Assembly (NCBI GenBank): GCA_043818275.1 | Contig: JBDRFY010000076.1 | Location: 1 to 11,667, forward strand | DNA length: 11,667 bases | Origin: a bacterium | GTDB taxonomy: Bacteria; Babelota; Babeliae; Babelales; JAUWHS01 | Reading direction: 5' to 3' | Shown here: one piece after another, positions 6,668-11,667 of the stretch | How the letters are laid out: each line of letters begins with the position of its first letter | Numbering within the stretch: the first letter of the stretch is position 1 | Made by a program: the position numbers and the translations under genes | Notes under the pieces: generated by a model | What the model was told of the DNA's origin: nothing | The model's database searches: none | Seen by the model: only the letters and a program-made list of their open reading frames with translations

Positions 6668-7244
6668 CTTTTTTTAATTTTATAAACCTTAACTTTGCAA
6701 ATAATTTTATCTGATTTTTTTTATTTATTTTTAAATCTGCATCTTTAAATCTTATCAACTGCAAATTGTTCTGCATAAAATTTAAATACCCAATTAAATT
6801 TTCAAATTCACCTTTAATTCTTAAATTAAAATATTCTTTTTGATATTCAGGCTTATCTTTTATTTCCCCTGGTTCAACACTTTTGCAAACAAGATCAAAT
6901 TTTTTCAGATTATCCAAAACAAATTGAACATCTGATTTATATTTTTTATTCAAAACATTTAAATCAGATTTAAATTGTATAGATTCTTTTTCTAATTCAG
7001 GTAATTTTGCAATCACCTTTTTAAATGTTTTTTGTTGCAGAATGAGTTTATCAAATTGCAATACCATATTTTTATTTTTTTTAAGCAATGGATAATAAAA
7101 AAACAAAAACCAAAAAGAAATAATTGAAAATATAAACAAAACAGAAAAGGTGAAGCGTGCTTTGGTCGAGATTTGTCTTAAAAAGAGTAATTTACTCTGC
7201 TTAAAAACCAAAGGCATCCACTTACCTTCTTTTTTAGATATCAC
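6648..7244 (-). CDS. PilO-like inner-membrane pilus alignment protein
   Basis: Single TM ending WFLFFYYPL, coiled coil, then YFNLRIKGEFENLIGYLNFM...LIRF typical of the PilO/GspM fold. Overlaps the next gene by 20 bp. Start may be ATG 7217. Confidence 0.75.
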   Translation of the reverse strand: MISKKEGKWMPLVFKQSKLLFLRQISTKARFTFSVLFIFSIISFWFLFFYYPLLKKNKNMVLQFDKLILQQKTFKKVIAKLPELEKESIQFKSDLNVLNKKYKSDVQFVLDNLKKFDLVCKSVEPGEIKDKPEYQKEYFNLRIKGEFENLIGYLNFMQNNLQLIRFKDADLKINKKNQIKLFAKLRFIKLKKDENNIV

Positions 7245-7335
7245 TATAAAGTTGCTGCAAAAAACTTCAATATGGATAGAATATTAAACGTTTTTTTTAT
7301 TAATCACAAGAAATTGAAAATATTTTTTTAAAAAA

Positions 7336-8334
7336 ATGAAAAACTATAAATCTAAAATCGTTATTTTGGCTTTTTTTATTCTGTTGATTACAACGTATAA
7401 AGGCTATATCAATAAAAATAATTTAACAGCTTATGGCTGTGGTAAAATAATTTTATTTAATGAACATTTTGTCGTTTACGATACACCTGCAATTGCCGCC
7501 AGTTTACCTCAAAAAGTTATTGCTAGGATTATTAATTCTGATGAATTTAATCTTTATCCAAAAATTCTTGAAACCGGAGATACATTAAAAGCGATTAATA
7601 AAATTTTTGAATGTTTAAATTTAAAAAAAGAAAATTGCAATTTTTGCATTTGCTTTGAAAGTGAAATTGAACCCGGATCAGGAATAGGATCAAGCGCAGC
7701 GTTTGCAGTCGCTACAATTAAAGTTTTATCAAAATATTTAAAACTTAATTTAAGGAATACTGAAATAAATAAAATAGCTTATGAAACTGAAAAAATATTT
7801 CATCAAAATCCATCGGGAATTGATAACACAATTTCAACATACCAGGGAATTATTTTTTTCAAAAAAGAAAATCCGGTAATCATAAAACAATTAAATATTA
7901 AAGAAACGTTAATTTTTGTTGTAGGCAAAAGCGGAAAAATCGGATTAACCAAAAAAGCGGTAAAAAAAGTAAAAAAATTTAAAGATAAAAATCCTGAAAA
8001 ATTTGAAACTATTTTACAAAAAGCAATTAGGCTTGCAGATAAATCGTTAAACGCTTTAATAAATTCTGATGTGGAAAAAATTGGTAAATTTATGAACAAA
8101 AATCACAAACTGCTACAACAAATAAAAGTTTCTACACCTGATCTGGATCAACTGATAAATATTGCCAAACAAAGTGGCGCGACTGGAGCAAAATTAACAG
8201 GCGGCGGACTTGGCGGAAATATGATTGCTCTTGTTAAAAATGAAGAAGATGCAAATAAAATTTTGGATGGCTTTAAAAAAAAAGGTTTTGATGGTTTTGT
8301 CGTTAAAATAAAAAATTCAAATTATTGCAAATAA
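7336..8334 (+). CDS. mvk: Mevalonate kinase (GHMP family) with N-terminal hydrophobic extension
   Basis: GKIILFNEHFVVY (motif I), PGSGIGSSAA (ATP loop), YETEKIFH-NPSGIDN (catalytic Glu/Asp), GAKLTGGGLGG (motif III). Confidence 0.88.
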   Translation: MKNYKSKIVILAFFILLITTYKGYINKNNLTAYGCGKIILFNEHFVVYDTPAIAASLPQKVIARIINSDEFNLYPKILETGDTLKAINKIFECLNLKKENCNFCICFESEIEPGSGIGSSAAFAVATIKVLSKYLKLNLRNTEINKIAYETEKIFHQNPSGIDNTISTYQGIIFFKKENPVIIKQLNIKETLIFVVGKSGKIGLTKKAVKKVKKFKDKNPEKFETILQKAIRLADKSLNALINSDVEKIGKFMNKNHKLLQQIKVSTPDLDQLINIAKQSGATGAKLTGGGLGGNMIALVKNEEDANKILDGFKKKGFDGFVVKIKNSNYCK

Positions 8335-8392
8335 AAAGCAAGTTGTTTATTTTTTGAAAAATAAAACAAAAATTAAACTAAAAAGGAGAAAT

Positions 8393-9667
8393 ATGAAGAT
8401 ATCAAAAATTGCTTTACTAATTTTAATCAATCTATTTTTTTCAAATATGTTTACAATGCTTGTAGAAAAAGAAACATTTGATATAAAGCCTCAAACAATT
8501 GATACAAAATCAGGCCAACCAATAAAAACTCAACCAGAAAAACCTGAAAGTCCACAACAAATTGAAGAAAAAGAAGAGATAATTGTAGAAATAACCGGAC
8601 TAACCGACATAAAAAACATTGGTGACAAGCAAATAATAATTAGCATTCATGGAGTTGGGGAAGCTAAGGCAGGCGGTTGGTTTTTTGAGTGGGGAAACCC
8701 TAAAATTCCCAATTGTGATGCCATTAAATTTAACTGGCGACAAGGAAAAATTACCAAGGGAATGAGAGATAAAGATATAATCAATGCGGCAGAAAAATTA
8801 GCCTCCCTCATTTTAGATATTTTAAGAGATGTCAGATCAAGAGAAATAAGAGAAAATAAAAAAATTCCATTAAAACTCATATTAATTGCTCACAGTATGG
8901 GAGGCAACGTTACAAAATGCGCTTTAAATTTTTTGGATCATAAATTCAAAAAAATACAAAAATCTGAAAAACCGGAAACTATTATTGGAAAAATTAAACA
9001 GATAGTTGCTGGAATAATTGGTTCAGGATCACAAAGTTCTGATTCTGATTATGTAGATGAACGTTTCGCTAAAAATAAAAATCTGTTTAAAAGCATCTCT
9101 GATAAAATGACAAGAAAATATTTCGAAGAAGCTTCCAACCGTATAGCAGAAAGAATGCTTCTTATGATTCCTGCAGGTTCTATCCCACCATTTCCATTTA
9201 TAACACGTGTTTATACTTTGGGAACTCCGGGCAGAGGAAATAATTTTCCTTTTAATGAAAATATGAATGTAACTAAAGAATTTATCTGCATTTTTTCATA
9301 TGGAGATAAAATTCAAAAAAATGCCGGTTTATCAAGAATTCCGGAAGGAGAAAATAAAATCAATATCAGAGCAATAGTAATTAAAGAAGGCAAAGAATCT
9401 GATCCAAATCATGATCAATTAGTAAGAGGCACGTCAATTGTTTACAGATTACTTGATATCAACCCAAAGGATATTGAAGATAAATTTACAAAAAAAAGCA
9501 AAGAAGAAAACAAAACGGTGGCTGATTTAAAAAAATCAACCCAGACAATAACTATAACGTTTCCCGAAGAAACTTCTGGAACCTTAAAATATGAATTTGA
9601 CACAACACGTCCACCAAAAGAAACATTCACTCAAAAAACCGTTGGCGCTATCAAATTAAAATTTTAA
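8393..9667 (+). CDS. Secreted alpha/beta-hydrolase (putative lipase/esterase)
   Basis: ATG 8393 after AAGGAG (ORF track starts at 8354). Signal peptide; IISIHGV oxyanion strand; LILIAHSMGG nucleophile elbow; VYTLGTP; candidate catalytic His in NHDQL. Confidence 0.8.
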   Translation: MKISKIALLILINLFFSNMFTMLVEKETFDIKPQTIDTKSGQPIKTQPEKPESPQQIEEKEEIIVEITGLTDIKNIGDKQIIISIHGVGEAKAGGWFFEWGNPKIPNCDAIKFNWRQGKITKGMRDKDIINAAEKLASLILDILRDVRSREIRENKKIPLKLILIAHSMGGNVTKCALNFLDHKFKKIQKSEKPETIIGKIKQIVAGIIGSGSQSSDSDYVDERFAKNKNLFKSISDKMTRKYFEEASNRIAERMLLMIPAGSIPPFPFITRVYTLGTPGRGNNFPFNENMNVTKEFICIFSYGDKIQKNAGLSRIPEGENKINIRAIVIKEGKESDPNHDQLVRGTSIVYRLLDINPKDIEDKFTKKSKEENKTVADLKKSTQTITITFPEETSGTLKYEFDTTRPPKETFTQKTVGAIKLKF

Positions 9668-9696
9668 AATTTTTTTAAATAAAAAAGAGTTAAATC

Positions 9697-11184
9697 ATGA
9701 AATTAATTAAATTATTTTTTTTACTTTTTTTAATATCTGTTTTTCTAAAAAATCACGCGCAATTCACAAGACAACCTTCTGAAATGGAAGAATTTGAAGA
9801 AATTTCCCCGCAAGAATTAAACGATCTACAAAATGTCGCAACAAAAACAGAAGAAGAAACGATTATTGAAGAATCAGGCCCTGAACCAGAGATACAAAAA
9901 GTTCCTTCTGGACCAATACAAATATTTTCAAAACCTGAAAACAAAAAGCTTGCAAAGAAATTAAGTAAATGGATACCGCCTGATCCTAGATTAAGATTTG
10001 ATGAGATATGTTATTTGGCAACTCATAACTGCAATTCTTCTTACGCTTATGGATACATACCCTACGCGCAACAAAAATTGCCAATAAAAGAACAACTAGA
10101 TATTGGTGTAAGGTGTTTATTACCAGACATATGGCCAACGGAACTTCAAACAAATTCGGAATGTAAAAGAAAAGAAAATGAACCAATTGATGAATATGCC
10201 AAAAGAGCAACAATCAGAATGTGCCATGGTCCCTGTAAAATAAATCCATACCTGAGACCCAAAAACACATTAAAAAATTTAGCAAAATTGAAAAAAATTA
10301 AAAAAATGGTAACTCCCCTTTTCTCGGAAATGCTTGAAACCGTAAAAAATTTTCTGGTTAGCAATCCAAACGAAATTTTAACTATTTTTCTGGAAAATTA
10401 CGCTGACAGAGATTTGGTTGATTATATATTAAAACAAATACCGGGATTAACTGATCTGATATTTAAACCTGGAGACTGGATTTTTAAAGAAAACAATTAT
10501 TACTGGCCAACAATTAGATGGATGATAGAAAGTAATAAACGATTAGTAATATTCAATGATAGATCTTTTGATAAAGAAACAGGAGAAAATGAACAAACAA
10601 AATATACTTTTCCCACATGGCAATATGTTATTGAAAATATGTATGGCACAACCGATAAGAAAGCAAGACAGGAAAGGGGAGAATCTTATGACAAAAAAAG
10701 GCCTGGCTGGCCACGAAAATTATTACTTTTAAATTATTTTATTAAATTTCCAATTCCTTTTGATAACAAAAAACATTTAATTAAATTTTTAAAAGAATTT
10801 AAAGATAATACCCAATACACAAAATTAAACACAATTGGAATAGAAAGTTTAACAAATTATATTTACATGAATGGATTAGATAAAAGGCCGGAAAAACCCG
10901 ACAAAAGTTCCGATACTACCCAACCAGGCAAGTATCCTAATTTTATTGCTCTGGACTTTGTTAATAAAGGCAATGCAATAGCAATCGTTAACAGAATAAA
11001 CGAATTGCAAGCCCAAGAATTAATCGAAACAGAAGAACAAAAAATTTCTGAATCTAAACCTTCAAAATTTGTAAAACCCCAAGAACCTATAAAACCAGAG
11101 GAGTTGGAACCAAAGGAAAAAAGGAAAAATATAATAACTCAAGTAATCAATAAAATTAAAAGCGTGCTTTTACCAGGATATTAA
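9697..11184 (+). CDS. Secreted PI-PLC X-domain / PLC-like phosphodiesterase
   Basis: Signal peptide; ATHN (His1); EQLDIGVR.L.D; MCHG (His2); FLVSNPNEILTIFLENY; WPTIRWMIESNKRLVIF; PNFIALDFV. Confidence 0.85.
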   Translation: MKLIKLFFLLFLISVFLKNHAQFTRQPSEMEEFEEISPQELNDLQNVATKTEEETIIEESGPEPEIQKVPSGPIQIFSKPENKKLAKKLSKWIPPDPRLRFDEICYLATHNCNSSYAYGYIPYAQQKLPIKEQLDIGVRCLLPDIWPTELQTNSECKRKENEPIDEYAKRATIRMCHGPCKINPYLRPKNTLKNLAKLKKIKKMVTPLFSEMLETVKNFLVSNPNEILTIFLENYADRDLVDYILKQIPGLTDLIFKPGDWIFKENNYYWPTIRWMIESNKRLVIFNDRSFDKETGENEQTKYTFPTWQYVIENMYGTTDKKARQERGESYDKKRPGWPRKLLLLNYFIKFPIPFDNKKHLIKFLKEFKDNTQYTKLNTIGIESLTNYIYMNGLDKRPEKPDKSSDTTQPGKYPNFIALDFVNKGNAIAIVNRINELQAQELIETEEQKISESKPSKFVKPQEPIKPEELEPKEKRKNIITQVINKIKSVLLPGY

Positions 11185-11235
11185 GTAAAAAAAGGTGCCC
11201 GTTTTTTAAAAAACGGGCACCTTTTTTTACTTAAT
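11180..11235. terminator. Bidirectional intrinsic terminator; perfect 56-bp palindrome
   Basis: ATTAAGTAAAAAAAGGTGCCCGTTTTTT|AAAAAACGGGCACCTTTTTTTACTTAAT. GC stem with A7/T7 tails, between convergent genes. Confidence 0.92.
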
Positions 11236-11246
11236 TTATTTTTTAT

Positions 11247-11513
11247 TTATTTAGATCTTCTTGCGTCTCTCTCAGCGTCTCGCTGAGCCCTGCGTTCTTC
11301 TCTTCTTTTATCCATTTCTTTTTGCTCTTCTTCTGTTTTTGGACACACTCCTTTTTCCCTGTGCTCTTCTCTAATCCTGTCTCTTTTGGCCCGACGTTCT
11401 TCTCTTGTCATATGTCTTCCTTTACCTCGTCCACACCACATGCAGCCCCTTTCAGAATCCCAACATCCTGAAAGAACAAACAATAGGGGTAGTAAAAATA
11501 ATAATTTTTTCAT
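11247..11513 (-). CDS. Small basic lipoprotein, unknown function
   Basis: ATG 11513 after AAGGAG; MKKLLFLLPLLFVLSG-C lipobox; CxxC; Arg/Glu-rich helical tail. Confidence 0.75.
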   Translation of the reverse strand: MKKLLFLLPLLFVLSGCWDSERGCMWCGRGKGRHMTREERRAKRDRIREEHREKGVCPKTEEEQKEMDKRREERRAQRDAERDARRSK

Positions 11514-11667
11514 ATCCAAACTCCTTAAATAACGCGAATTCGATAATTATAAATTCTCAATTAATGGCATTTTAATGCACTTAATTGATGGTTTATTTTC
11601 AATAAAACTGTATGCGCTTAATGCCGAGAAAATATTAACAAAGAAATTTGCAATACTTCGATGTCTA

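Noticed and set aside
7420..7445. Lipobox in mevalonate kinase (TAYG-C)
   Set aside because: The Cys is at residue 35, well past the hydrophobic stretch, is non-canonical, and falls in the first core strand before motif I.
7803..10364. Six short minus-strand ORFs opposite mvk, the hydrolase and the PLC
   Set aside because: Shadow ORFs of strongly supported plus-strand genes.

Overview
AT-rich bacterial window. Signal-peptide-bearing ankyrin and lipolytic proteins suggest a host-associated or intracellular lineage such as Ca. Dependentiae/Babeliae (inference only). Left half, minus strand: pilO-pilP-pilQ secretin module and an intact comM/yifB AAA+ ATPase, interleaved with mobile DNA. This comprises (i) a decayed addiction-module toxin/antitoxin pair; (ii) a solo IS200-type Y1 HUH transposase followed by two ~100-bp inverted three-hairpin REP-like arms that enclose a 65-bp tandem array; (iii) a complete IS5-family (ISL2-group-like) element with perfect inverted repeats and an A8 frameshift site; and (iv) at the window edge, not in the ORF track, the left end and first codons of a second IS200/IS605 element that truncates an ankyrin-repeat gene. 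Right half, plus strand: a mevalonate kinase with an unusual hydrophobic N-terminal extension, a secreted alpha/beta-hydrolase and a secreted PI-PLC X-domain protein. These end at a perfect 56-bp palindrome shared with a convergent small lipoprotein gene. The best candidates for undescribed biology are the TnpA plus tri-hairpin REPIN-like locus and the kinase-lipase-phospholipase cluster.
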